Under the pieces are notes generated by a model. The model ran no database searches. It was given only the letters and a program-made list of their open reading frames with translations, and was not told where the DNA came from. A DNA stretch of 64,000 nucleotides from Lachnospiraceae bacterium (GTDB lineage: Bacteria; Bacillota; Clostridia; Lachnospirales; Lachnospiraceae): contig JAZLHJ010000055.1 of NCBI GenBank assembly GCA_045616785.1, positions 9,715 to 73,714 of the forward strand, read 5' to 3'. Each line of letters starts with the position of its first letter. Position 1 is the stretch's first letter. Shown piece by piece: positions 38,127 to 46,842 of the stretch. A program made the position numbers and the translations under genes.

Positions 38127-40709
38127 ATGCAGAAAGGTAAGAAAATTTTACTGTTTGTAATCATTGCGGTACTCCTCGTTGTAGTTGCCTGGTTTGGTTA
38201 CTATCTTTTACATTACGTATTCTATAACGAGTACAAGGATGATCTTTCAAGCTATGAATATGAGGAAGGAACAGAATTCACTCCGATAAAAGAGAATGTA
38301 TCCGATGTTGAAGGAATGGTTCTTGCAGCTCAGAATGATTTCCTTAAACTCTATGTGGATAAGAAAACGGCAAACATTGCTGTTGTTGATAAGAGAAACG
38401 GACAGATTACTTATTCCAATCCGGTTCTTGCGGACGAAGATGCGATTGCAAGTAACACCAACAAGAATTATTTAAAGAGTCAGCTTCTTCTCGATTATTT
38501 CAATCTTTCGAGAACAGAAGGAACTCTTGATTCATATTCATACTGTACATCTCTTGAGAACCAGCTCGAGATTGAATCGATTTCGTCGGGTGTTCGTTTT
38601 ATCTACACAATAGGAGATTTAACAAGCGCTACCGGAATTGTTCCTCAGTACATCTCACAGGCCAAACTTGATGAGATATGCAGTCTTCTTCCTGAAGATG
38701 AAGGAAAGTTCATCAGAAAGAAATTCGTTGAAAGTGATGTTGCCGAAGGGTATCTTGAAATGCTCGAAGCAACAATGAACGGAAAGAGCCAGCTTCGTAA
38801 ACTTAACACATATTTCGAAGAAGCAGGTTTTACACAGGAAGATTACAACATCGAAATGGCGGGTTCGGGAGCAGATGACGCAATTCCTGTTTCCTTTGTT
38901 GTTCCTCTTGAATACAGACTTGACAATGAATCACTTGAAGTTTCGATTCCGGCAGATCATATCGTTGAAAACGGCGGTGGTTACATTTATAAGATTCAGC
39001 TTCTCAGATTCTTTGGCGCAGCCCATAACGATGAAGACGGATATATTCTTGTTCCGAACGGATCGGGCTCAATTATCTATTTCAATAACGGTAAATCAAC
39101 CGCTGATAACTATAGCGAATATGTATACGGAATTGATCCTCTTGCCGCAGAATATACTGTAAAAGAGAATACAGTCAATGCAAAGATGAGTCTCTTTGGT
39201 ATTTTCCGAAACAGGAGTGCAATCTTTGCAACAATTGAAGACGGTGCTGCCAATTCAATGGTTTCCGCATCGGTTTCAGGTAAATATAACGAATATAACA
39301 ATGTTTATCCTACCTTTGTTATGAGAGGAAGCGAAAGACTTGCGATGTTCGGAACAACCGGTAATGAAGCAGATCTTCCTGTTATCGAGACTAATTTCTA
39401 CGATATGAATATGACGGTAAGATATTCGATGCTTAACGGAGAAGAAGCTTCGTATTCAGGTGCTGCCAATTATTACAGAAACAGACTTATCAGAGAAGGA
39501 GTACTTACTCCCCTCGATAAGAACGATAAAAATGTTCCGCTTTTCTATGATTTAATCTGCGGAGCAGGCGAGACAAAGTTCTTCCTCGGTTCACAGTATG
39601 ACGGTCTTGCTGATATGACAACCTTTGAAGAAGCTGAGTCGATAGTTAAGGATCTTGCTCTTAACGGCGTATCTTCTCAGAACGTAAATGTTCAGGGTTG
39701 GATGAACGGTGGCTATTACCATGATGCCGTACGTAAAATCAGCGTTCCGTGGTCACTTGGCGGAAAAACCGGACTTGAGGATTTAAGTAAAACTGTTGAA
39801 GCAAACGGAGGATCGCTTTTTGTTGATGTAGCATTCCAGAAGGTTTCCGAAGCAGATGATTCTTATCCTGTTTCAAATGAGACTGCAAGATATTATGCGA
39901 GCGGTTATGTTGCGGAGTTCGGACTTGTAAATCCCGCAACCTTAAGACAGACCTCGGGACTTGGATATGATGCGAACAGATTCTACCTCGTGTCTCCCAA
40001 ATTCCTTGTAAGGTATGTTGATAAGTTCAATCGCAAGATTGATAAGTATAATGTGACAGGCGTGTCATTAAGAGACCTTGGATCTGAGATTCATTCCGAT
40101 AAGAAGAGAACAAATGTTATCGACAGAGAAGCAGCACTTGACGTAGTTGAGGGATGCCTCGGAAGAATTGAAGAAACAACATCAAAGGTTATGGTAAACG
40201 GCGCAAATGATTATGCATTTAAATATGCTGATGCGATATCGAATGCTCCGCTTACAGACAATAATTATTACATAGTTGATGAAACAATTCCGTTCTACGA
40301 GATGCTGATTCACGGATGCATTGAGTATTCCGGAGATGTAATAAATCTTAATGATTCCGGAAACCGTGATGATATTGTACTCGAGCTTATCGAAAACGGT
40401 GCATCACCGCATTTTGTATTCACCAAGAAGAATGCAAGTGAAATTAAGAACACGGCACTTAATAATTTCTATGCAACAACCTATGACAACTGGAAGATTG
40501 ATGCTCTTACAATTTACAACAGAGTTAATTCGGTACTTTCGGAAGTAAGTGACGCATATATTATTAGGCATGAAATTCTTGAAAGCGGTGTAACGCTTAT
40601 TAAGTACAGTAACGGAAAGATAATATATGTAAATAAAACTGACTATCCTGTTTATGTTGACGGAATGACAGTTCCGGAACATGGATGTGTGCTTGGAGGT
40701 GACAAGTAA
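38127..40709 (+). CDS. N-terminally anchored 860-aa extracytoplasmic protein of unknown function (DUF5696-like from memory)
   Basis: Single N-terminal TM helix (ILLFVIIAVLLVVVAWFGYYLL), followed by a large soluble body with no motif of a characterised glycoside hydrolase family that I can recognise. The stop overlaps the next permease start (TAATG). Confidence 0.7.
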   Translation: MQKGKKILLFVIIAVLLVVVAWFGYYLLHYVFYNEYKDDLSSYEYEEGTEFTPIKENVSDVEGMVLAAQNDFLKLYVDKKTANIAVVDKRNGQITYSNPVLADEDAIASNTNKNYLKSQLLLDYFNLSRTEGTLDSYSYCTSLENQLEIESISSGVRFIYTIGDLTSATGIVPQYISQAKLDEICSLLPEDEGKFIRKKFVESDVAEGYLEMLEATMNGKSQLRKLNTYFEEAGFTQEDYNIEMAGSGADDAIPVSFVVPLEYRLDNESLEVSIPADHIVENGGGYIYKIQLLRFFGAAHNDEDGYILVPNGSGSIIYFNNGKSTADNYSEYVYGIDPLAAEYTVKENTVNAKMSLFGIFRNRSAIFATIEDGAANSMVSASVSGKYNEYNNVYPTFVMRGSERLAMFGTTGNEADLPVIETNFYDMNMTVRYSMLNGEEASYSGAANYYRNRLIREGVLTPLDKNDKNVPLFYDLICGAGETKFFLGSQYDGLADMTTFEEAESIVKDLALNGVSSQNVNVQGWMNGGYYHDAVRKISVPWSLGGKTGLEDLSKTVEANGGSLFVDVAFQKVSEADDSYPVSNETARYYASGYVAEFGLVNPATLRQTSGLGYDANRFYLVSPKFLVRYVDKFNRKIDKYNVTGVSLRDLGSEIHSDKKRTNVIDREAALDVVEGCLGRIEETTSKVMVNGANDYAFKYADAISNAPLTDNNYYIVDETIPFYEMLIHGCIEYSGDVINLNDSGNRDDIVLELIENGASPHFVFTKKNASEIKNTALNNFYATTYDNWKIDALTIYNRVNSVLSEVSDAYIIRHEILESGVTLIKYSNGKIIYVNKTDYPVYVDGMTVPEHGCVLGGDK

Positions 40710-41626
40710 TGAAAAAGAAAAAGAAAATGTCCCTTACAACTAAGCGCAGTATTACGGGATACATGTTCATACTACCGTGGCTTGTAGGATTTATAGCATT
40801 CTATGCAAGAAGCCTTTTCATGTCGATTCAGTTCTCTTTATCTGAACTGACAGTTAATCCCGGTGGTGGATACTCACTTAAATGGGTAGGCCTTGATAAC
40901 TTCTTTTATGCCTTCCGTGGTCATGCAAGTTTCAAACAGGTGCTTACGTCTTCAGTCGGAAATATGCTTATTGATGTTCCGTTGATTACATTTTTCTCCC
41001 TGTTTATGGCACTTCTTCTTAATAAGAAATTCAAGGGAAGAACGCTTGTCAGAGCAATTTTCTTCCTCCCGGTTATTCTTAATTCCGGAGCCATTCAGGA
41101 TGCACTCGATCTTGCAAGAAACATGATGAGCGGCGGTATTTCAAGTGCCAGTGCCGAAATGGCAGAGGCAGCTGCAGGTTCCGGAGTAAGCATCGATTAT
41201 TATATACAGATGTTCTCCGCACTCGGTCTTCCCGATCGGATTATCGAATATGTCGCGGGAGCCGTCGGGCGAATAAGTGAGATAATAAATGCTTCCGGTG
41301 TTCAGATTATTATTTTCATAGCTGCTCTTCAGTCGATCCCCGGTTCCATGTACGAGGTTGCGAAGATAGAAGGAGCTACGGCATATGAAACATTCTGGAA
41401 GGTAACCTTCCCGATGGTTATGCCTCATATAATTACAAATGTTGTGTACACCGTAGTTGACAGCTTTGCTGATTCGGAAGTTGTTGAACTGGCATATAAA
41501 ACAGCGTTTACCTATAACGATTACGGTTTAAGTTCTGTATTCAGTATAGTTTCGACAGTTGTAACGTGTCTGATACTGATTCTGGTATGCAGGTTCATTC
41601 AGAAACGAACGTTCTACTATAACTAA
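40709..41626 (+). CDS. Carbohydrate ABC transporter permease (second system, MalF-like)
   Basis: 305 aa. Six TM helices and EAA loop MYEVAKIEGATAYETFWKVTFP. Confidence 0.9.
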   Translation: MKKKKKMSLTTKRSITGYMFILPWLVGFIAFYARSLFMSIQFSLSELTVNPGGGYSLKWVGLDNFFYAFRGHASFKQVLTSSVGNMLIDVPLITFFSLFMALLLNKKFKGRTLVRAIFFLPVILNSGAIQDALDLARNMMSGGISSASAEMAEAAAGSGVSIDYYIQMFSALGLPDRIIEYVAGAVGRISEIINASGVQIIIFIAALQSIPGSMYEVAKIEGATAYETFWKVTFPMVMPHIITNVVYTVVDSFADSEVVELAYKTAFTYNDYGLSSVFSIVSTVVTCLILILVCRFIQKRTFYYN

Positions 41627-41643
41627 GAAAGGAGAGAGAAGAA

Positions 41644-42651
41644 ATGGATAATACTAAGACTTCCAAAAGGTCACTTAAACAGTACATTTCAAACCTTAAG
41701 GAAGACAGACAGTTTGCCAATGACAGAAAACGCTGGGCTTCAAACGTCAAGAAATTTGTCCTCGGTCTGTTCAAATTAATTATCATTGTAGGAATTTGTT
41801 ACGTTATCCTTGGTCCTGTTCTCGGCATGATCAGCAGTTCTTTTTTCTCCAATGAAGATAATTACAACCCGATGGTATATCTGATACCTCAGAACCCCAC
41901 GATCGAAAGATATCAGATGGCTATCAAGTATCTGAATTACGGCAAGACAATGACGTCTTCCCTGTTATACTCTCTTTCACTTATGGCACTTCAGGTGTTT
42001 GTGTGCTCGATGGTAGGATACGGATTTGCCAGATACAAGTTCCCTTTTAAGAATATTCTTTTTGCATGTGTGGTTATCATGATTGTTATTCCCACACATA
42101 CAATCATGCTTCCTCTTTATATGACCTTTGCCAAATTTGATGTCTTCGGAATAATCAAACTGGTAAACGGCGGCGAGGCGGTGAACCTTCTGGGAACGAC
42201 GATTCCGATGTATATTCTGACGTTGTTCGGATGCGGACTCAGGTCAGGACTTTACATCTATATCTTCAATCAGTTCTTCAGAGGTCTGCCTAAAGAAATC
42301 GAGGAAGCTGCATTTGTTGACGGCGCAGGTACATGGTATACTTATTTCAGAATTATGCTTGTAAATGCAATCCCTTCTGTTATTACCGTGGCAATATTCT
42401 CCATGGTATGGCAGTATAACGATACATTTTATGCGAAATTGTTTGTGATTAGTGATGATGTGGTTATCAGTAAAAAGATTTCCACAATCGAGGCATCGAT
42501 TTCCAACGTAGAGAGAATTCTCGATCCCGCTATTTTGGAAATATATCTTGATGCCGGAATTGTGCTTGTCATGATACCGATAGTCATCATCTATATCGCT
42601 CTTCAGAAACAGTTTATAGAAGGGGTAGAGCGAAGCGGTATTGTCGGATAA
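41644..42651 (+). CDS. Carbohydrate ABC transporter permease (second system, MalG-like, N-terminal extension)
   Basis: 335 aa. EAA loop EIEEAAFVDGAGTWYTYFRIMLVNA. Confidence 0.9.
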   Translation: MDNTKTSKRSLKQYISNLKEDRQFANDRKRWASNVKKFVLGLFKLIIIVGICYVILGPVLGMISSSFFSNEDNYNPMVYLIPQNPTIERYQMAIKYLNYGKTMTSSLLYSLSLMALQVFVCSMVGYGFARYKFPFKNILFACVVIMIVIPTHTIMLPLYMTFAKFDVFGIIKLVNGGEAVNLLGTTIPMYILTLFGCGLRSGLYIYIFNQFFRGLPKEIEEAAFVDGAGTWYTYFRIMLVNAIPSVITVAIFSMVWQYNDTFYAKLFVISDDVVISKKISTIEASISNVERILDPAILEIYLDAGIVLVMIPIVIIYIALQKQFIEGVERSGIVG

Positions 42652-42699
42652 GTACGGCGAGCTCACAAGAACACTATTCAACTATTATCAATAAGGAGG

Positions 42700-44610
42700 A
42701 TGAAAAAGTTGAAGGCAAAAAAAATCATGGCATTCCTTCTTGCTTCAGCAATGACCATTGCTATGGTCGGCTGTGGAGAAGAGACTGCAACCACAACAAC
42801 CGGCACTGAGCCTGCTACAACAACAGATGTAGCTGAGCCCGCTGCTACAACGGATGTGACCACTACTACCACAGAGGTTACACCTGAACCCGCAACACCT
42901 GAAAGCTATGCTGCAAGCATTGACTTCGCAGATGGTTCTGTAAGCTTTATCGGTGTTGACAAATCAGTAAATTCTGCAGCAGGTGATTTCACATTTGCAG
43001 CAGAGGATGGCGCACTTGTAGTTACACCTGCAGGTGGAATGCCTTTCGTAGCTATTCAGATGGATGCACTTCTCGGAGATGCAATTGCTGATGTTGCAAC
43101 CGTAGAAATGAGCATCGGAATTAAGAATGACGGTGACAAGTTCTATTCTGCATCAGGTAATGTTTATTCATTCCTTGGTGAAGACAATAACAAGTACAGC
43201 GCTCCCTGGTCTGTATATCTCGAGACAGCCAATCCCAAGAGAGTATCTGTAGCCCTTTCCGAAGCTGCATGTGCAGGTAACTACCTTGTAGTTTCAATGG
43301 AAAGCGATACAGCTGCAGAGTACAAGGGACTTGGCCAGACAAGCCTTATCATTGATGATATTGCATTCCTTGATGCAAGCGGTAATCTTCTTGCTGCTGA
43401 TTCTTCAGCAGAGTTTGCAGCTCCTGCAACAGGCGAAGACAGAAGCAACCTCTTTGGTATCAAAGATGCAGTTGTTGTTGAAGGTCTTGCAGGAAAAGGC
43501 GGAGCATGGTCACAGCTTGGTGACGGAATTACCGAAGATGAGTTTGCAGCTCTTCAGGTACCCGGTTCCGTAATTGAGATTTCTTACGCATCTACAACAG
43601 GAAATATGTGGGTTGTAATGCCTGATTCAGCAGCAGGCTGGATGAGAGTAGGCGTAGGTGACTGGGATGGCTCAGGTCAGCAGTACGCATATACAAACGG
43701 TTCTAAGAATATTGCACAGGTAACATATGAGCAGCTCGCAGCAGTTCTTGGTGATGACGCTTCTACATGGGGTCAGCGTATCCAGTGTGAGTCAGACGGT
43801 GACTTTGAAATCTTCTCAGTAAAGATTGGTCAGCAGGCTCCTAACTACTGCCTCACAGGTGTAGTTGATGCAGCTCTTGCAGGCAAGGGCGGCGGCTGGT
43901 CACAGCTCGGCGACGGACTTTCAGAGGAAGCAGTTGCAGCACTTACAACTCCCGGATCTGTAGTAGAAATCAACTACACATCAGCTACCGGCGAGTGCTG
44001 GATTGTAATGCCTGATTCAGCAGCAGGCTGGATGAGAGTAGGCGTTGGTGATTTCGATGGTTCAGGTCAGGAATATGCTTTATATGATGGAAGCAAGTGC
44101 TACATTACCTATGATCAGATTGCAGCAGTTTGCGGCGACGATCCTACAACATGGGGCGCTCGTATCCAGGTAGAAGCTACTTCAGACTTCGAAGTATTCT
44201 CAGTTAAGATTGGTCAGGGAACAGAATTCGTTCCTAATAATAAGATTGTTGATGCCGGACTTACAGGTAAGGGCGGCGGCTGGTCACAGCTCGGTGACGG
44301 ACTTTCAGAGGAAGCTGTAGCAGCTCTTCAGACTCCCGGATCTGTAATCAATATCTCTTATACATCAGCTACCGGCGAGTGCTGGATTGTAATGCCTGAT
44401 TCAGCAGCAGGCTGGATGAGAATTGGTGTAGGTGATTTTGACGGTTCAGGACAGGGATATGCAGTTTATGACGGTTCTACATGCCAGATTACCTATGATA
44501 TGATCGCAGCTTACTGCGGTGATGATCCTACAACATGGGGTTCTCGTATCCAGGTAGAAGCTACTTCCGATTTTGAAGTATTTGGTGTAACAATCGGACA
44601 GACCGAATAA
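42700..44610 (+). CDS. Surface lipoprotein: Thr-rich stalk, one beta-sandwich-like domain, then three tandem 128-130 aa repeat domains of unknown family
   Basis: 636 aa. Lipobox AMVGCG. Linker EETATTTTGTEPATTTDV..TTTTTEV. Three repeats share GKGGGWSQLGDG..PGSV..Y.S.TGE.W.VMPDSAAGWMR.GVGD.DGSGQ.YA..DGS...TY...AA..GDD..TWG.RIQ.E...DFE.F.V.IGQ. Confidence 0.8.
   Translation: MKKLKAKKIMAFLLASAMTIAMVGCGEETATTTTGTEPATTTDVAEPAATTDVTTTTTEVTPEPATPESYAASIDFADGSVSFIGVDKSVNSAAGDFTFAAEDGALVVTPAGGMPFVAIQMDALLGDAIADVATVEMSIGIKNDGDKFYSASGNVYSFLGEDNNKYSAPWSVYLETANPKRVSVALSEAACAGNYLVVSMESDTAAEYKGLGQTSLIIDDIAFLDASGNLLAADSSAEFAAPATGEDRSNLFGIKDAVVVEGLAGKGGAWSQLGDGITEDEFAALQVPGSVIEISYASTTGNMWVVMPDSAAGWMRVGVGDWDGSGQQYAYTNGSKNIAQVTYEQLAAVLGDDASTWGQRIQCESDGDFEIFSVKIGQQAPNYCLTGVVDAALAGKGGGWSQLGDGLSEEAVAALTTPGSVVEINYTSATGECWIVMPDSAAGWMRVGVGDFDGSGQEYALYDGSKCYITYDQIAAVCGDDPTTWGARIQVEATSDFEVFSVKIGQGTEFVPNNKIVDAGLTGKGGGWSQLGDGLSEEAVAALQTPGSVINISYTSATGECWIVMPDSAAGWMRIGVGDFDGSGQGYAVYDGSTCQITYDMIAAYCGDDPTTWGSRIQVEATSDFEVFGVTIGQTE
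43462..44601 (+). repeat. Three in-frame tandem DNA repeats (periods 390 and 384 nt) inside the lipoprotein gene
   Basis: Copies lie at about 43462-43833, 43861-44217 and 44245-44601. TGGTCACAGC recurs at 43507, 43897 and 44281. Copies 2 and 3 share an identical ~59-nt run (ACATCAGCTACCGGCGAGTGCTGGATTGTAATGCCTGATTCAGCAGCAGGCTGGATGAGA) at 43978 and 44362. Confidence 0.9.
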
Positions 44611-44629
44611 CAAGGAGGAGAAATTTAAA

Positions 44630-46057
44630 ATGAAATTATCTAAAAGAGTACTTGCTCTTGGACTTAGCCTTTCAATGATTGCCGGTCTGAGCGCATGTGG
44701 CGAGGAGACAACAACCACAACCACAACAGATACTACTTCAACCACTACTACAACAACAGTAGACACACCTGCTGCTACAACAGAAATTGCTCCTGCAGCA
44801 CAGACAAGAACAATTCGTATCGGTACCTGGTATGATCATTTCTACGACAGTACCATGAGCGGTATCGAAGATAACCCTAACGTAACAGATCCTGAGCGTG
44901 ATCAGATGATGTTTGATAACCTCAAAGAGATTGAGCAGAAATACAACGTTAAGATTGAGTTTGTAAACCTTACATGGGATGGTGTTCAGGAATCAATCAA
45001 TACTTCAATTCTTGCAGGAACTCCTGACTGTGATATTTATGAGGCAGAACTTTCATTCGGTATTCCTGCTGCTCTTAACGGATATGCAATTGACCTTACA
45101 ACAATTCTTCCTGAAGATGACGATCTTCTTACAGATCAGATCAATGTTAATCAGGTTGACTGTGGTCTGAATGACGGTTCGGTATACCTCTTCCAGCATA
45201 ACGCAGCAGAGAATGCAGTAGCAGGTACATACATGCTTGCATTCAACGCAGATATGCTTGATGAAGCAGGTCTTGAGAATCCTAACGACCTTTATGCAAG
45301 AGGCGAATGGACATGGGATAAGTGGAGAGAGTACCTCCTTGCTCTTACCCAGGATACAAACGGCGATGGCATTACTGATGTTTACGGATATGGTTCAAGA
45401 TTTGACTTCCTTATCTACAACCTCACAATGTCTAACGGATGTACAATCGCCGGAAGTGACAAAGAGAACTTAAGCAGCGCTGAAGTTGGTGAAGTTCTTG
45501 ATTTCATGTACAACCTCTACAATGTCGATAAGGTTGCTCGTCCTTGGAATGCAGATGACTTCAACGATAACCAGAACGCTTACTATGATGGTAAGGTTGC
45601 TTCTTGGATTACCGCTGCATGGATTTCTGCTTCTAACGGTAACAACGATGCTGCTCTTCCTTTCGAGCAGATCTGGTGTCCTTGGCCCATCGGACCTTCA
45701 GGAAATCAGGATACCAACAAACTTAAGAACGTATCTTCAGGTAATGCATGGTTCATTCCTACAGGTACCGAAGATCCCTACTTCGTTTACAAGGTATTCT
45801 ATGATTGGAGAAACTGGTACCATGATGACATCGAACTCCGTGATGCTGATATGACATGGTGGGAGGATTCAGCTCAGACTGAAGAGAACTACGCTGTTAT
45901 GGAATATCTCGGAAGCAGAGGCGCATTCGACCTTTGGAATGCACTTGGTCTTGAGTGGGATTTCACAGAAATCTTAAATGGTACAATGACTGCAGCTCAG
46001 TTCCAGCAGACCTGGAAGCAGAGCGTTCAGGATGCTCTTGATAACTACTTCAAGTAA
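44630..46057 (+). CDS. ABC transporter solute-binding lipoprotein (family 1, carbohydrate)
   Basis: 475 aa. Lipobox GLSACG, a Thr-rich linker (EETTTTTTTDTTSTTTTTTVD), then an SBP fold (IRIGTWYD.., KIEFVNLTWDG, TPDCDIYE). Confidence 0.88.
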   Translation: MKLSKRVLALGLSLSMIAGLSACGEETTTTTTTDTTSTTTTTTVDTPAATTEIAPAAQTRTIRIGTWYDHFYDSTMSGIEDNPNVTDPERDQMMFDNLKEIEQKYNVKIEFVNLTWDGVQESINTSILAGTPDCDIYEAELSFGIPAALNGYAIDLTTILPEDDDLLTDQINVNQVDCGLNDGSVYLFQHNAAENAVAGTYMLAFNADMLDEAGLENPNDLYARGEWTWDKWREYLLALTQDTNGDGITDVYGYGSRFDFLIYNLTMSNGCTIAGSDKENLSSAEVGEVLDFMYNLYNVDKVARPWNADDFNDNQNAYYDGKVASWITAAWISASNGNNDAALPFEQIWCPWPIGPSGNQDTNKLKNVSSGNAWFIPTGTEDPYFVYKVFYDWRNWYHDDIELRDADMTWWEDSAQTEENYAVMEYLGSRGAFDLWNALGLEWDFTEILNGTMTAAQFQQTWKQSVQDALDNYFK

Positions 46058-46105
46058 GACCTGATAAGTTTTTGTAGATAATTCTGCAATAGTAGTAATG
46101 TGTGC

Positions 46106-46150
46106 AATACCCGTATCCGTATGGGTACGGGTATTTGTATACATTTTTTT
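46106..46150 (+). terminator. Intrinsic terminator after the SBP gene
   Basis: 10-bp stem AATACCCGTA / TACGGGTATT around TCCGTATGGG, followed by TGTATACATTTTTTT. Confidence 0.65.
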
Positions 46151-46191
46151 GGAAGAAAAAGCAGTACATAACCGTATTTTTTGAGGTGAAA

Positions 46192-46827
46192 ATGTTTAGA
46201 AGCGATACACTTTTTGCAAAAATAATGAACACCGTGGCAGATGTTCTGTTCATCGGAATTCTCTGGGTGATTATGTCAATTCCGATTATTACCGCGGGAG
46301 CAGCCGGTACGGCCGCCTACTATGCAATGGCAAAGTGTGTACGTCACAATACGGGTTATATTTTCGGAGAGTTCTGGAAATCATTTAAGCAGAATTTTAA
46401 GCAAAGCTTACCACTTACCATTATTTTCTGGTTATCGATGGTGATCGTTGCTTTGGATATCTGGTATGTATGGAACAATACGGGAAAGTTCTATGATGCA
46501 ATGTTCGTAATTCTATTGTTTGTTGCGTTCATAATAATGGGACTTTGTATGTATGTGTGTCCTGTACTGTCGAGGTTTAACAAGAAGAATCTGGATGTTC
46601 TTAAGACTTCACTTTTCATGTTCTTTAAGTTTCTGCCTCTGACTGTTCTGGGTGTGGTTGTGTTTCTTGGAATGCTGATAGGTATATTCCTTATGCCTTG
46701 GGGAATATTTGTTTTTCCCGGTGCATATGTTTTCCTTCTGTCGCTTCCGATGGAGAGAATATTGAAAAGAATGCTTCCGCCTGTTGAAGAAGGCAGTGAG
46801 GAAGCACAGAAATGGTATTATCAGTAA
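46192..46827 (+). CDS. DUF624 (YesL-like) integral membrane protein, second copy
   Basis: The track ORF starts at 46102 and spans the terminator. GAGGTG precedes the in-frame ATG at 46192 (MFRSDTLFAKIMN). VLFIGILWVIMSIPIITAGAAGTAAYYAMAKCVRHN is typical of DUF624. C-terminal PPVEEGSEEAQKWYYQ tail. Confidence 0.75.
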   Translation: MFRSDTLFAKIMNTVADVLFIGILWVIMSIPIITAGAAGTAAYYAMAKCVRHNTGYIFGEFWKSFKQNFKQSLPLTIIFWLSMVIVALDIWYVWNNTGKFYDAMFVILLFVAFIIMGLCMYVCPVLSRFNKKNLDVLKTSLFMFFKFLPLTVLGVVVFLGMLIGIFLMPWGIFVFPGAYVFLLSLPMERILKRMLPPVEEGSEEAQKWYYQ

Positions 46828-46842
46828 ACACAGGTGGTGATT

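Noticed and set aside
42678-42872. Val-rich minus-strand ORFs at 42678-42872 and 44446-44766
   Set aside because: They are artefacts of poly-Thr codon runs (ACA/ACC read antisense as GTT/GGT/TGT) in the two lipoprotein linkers.
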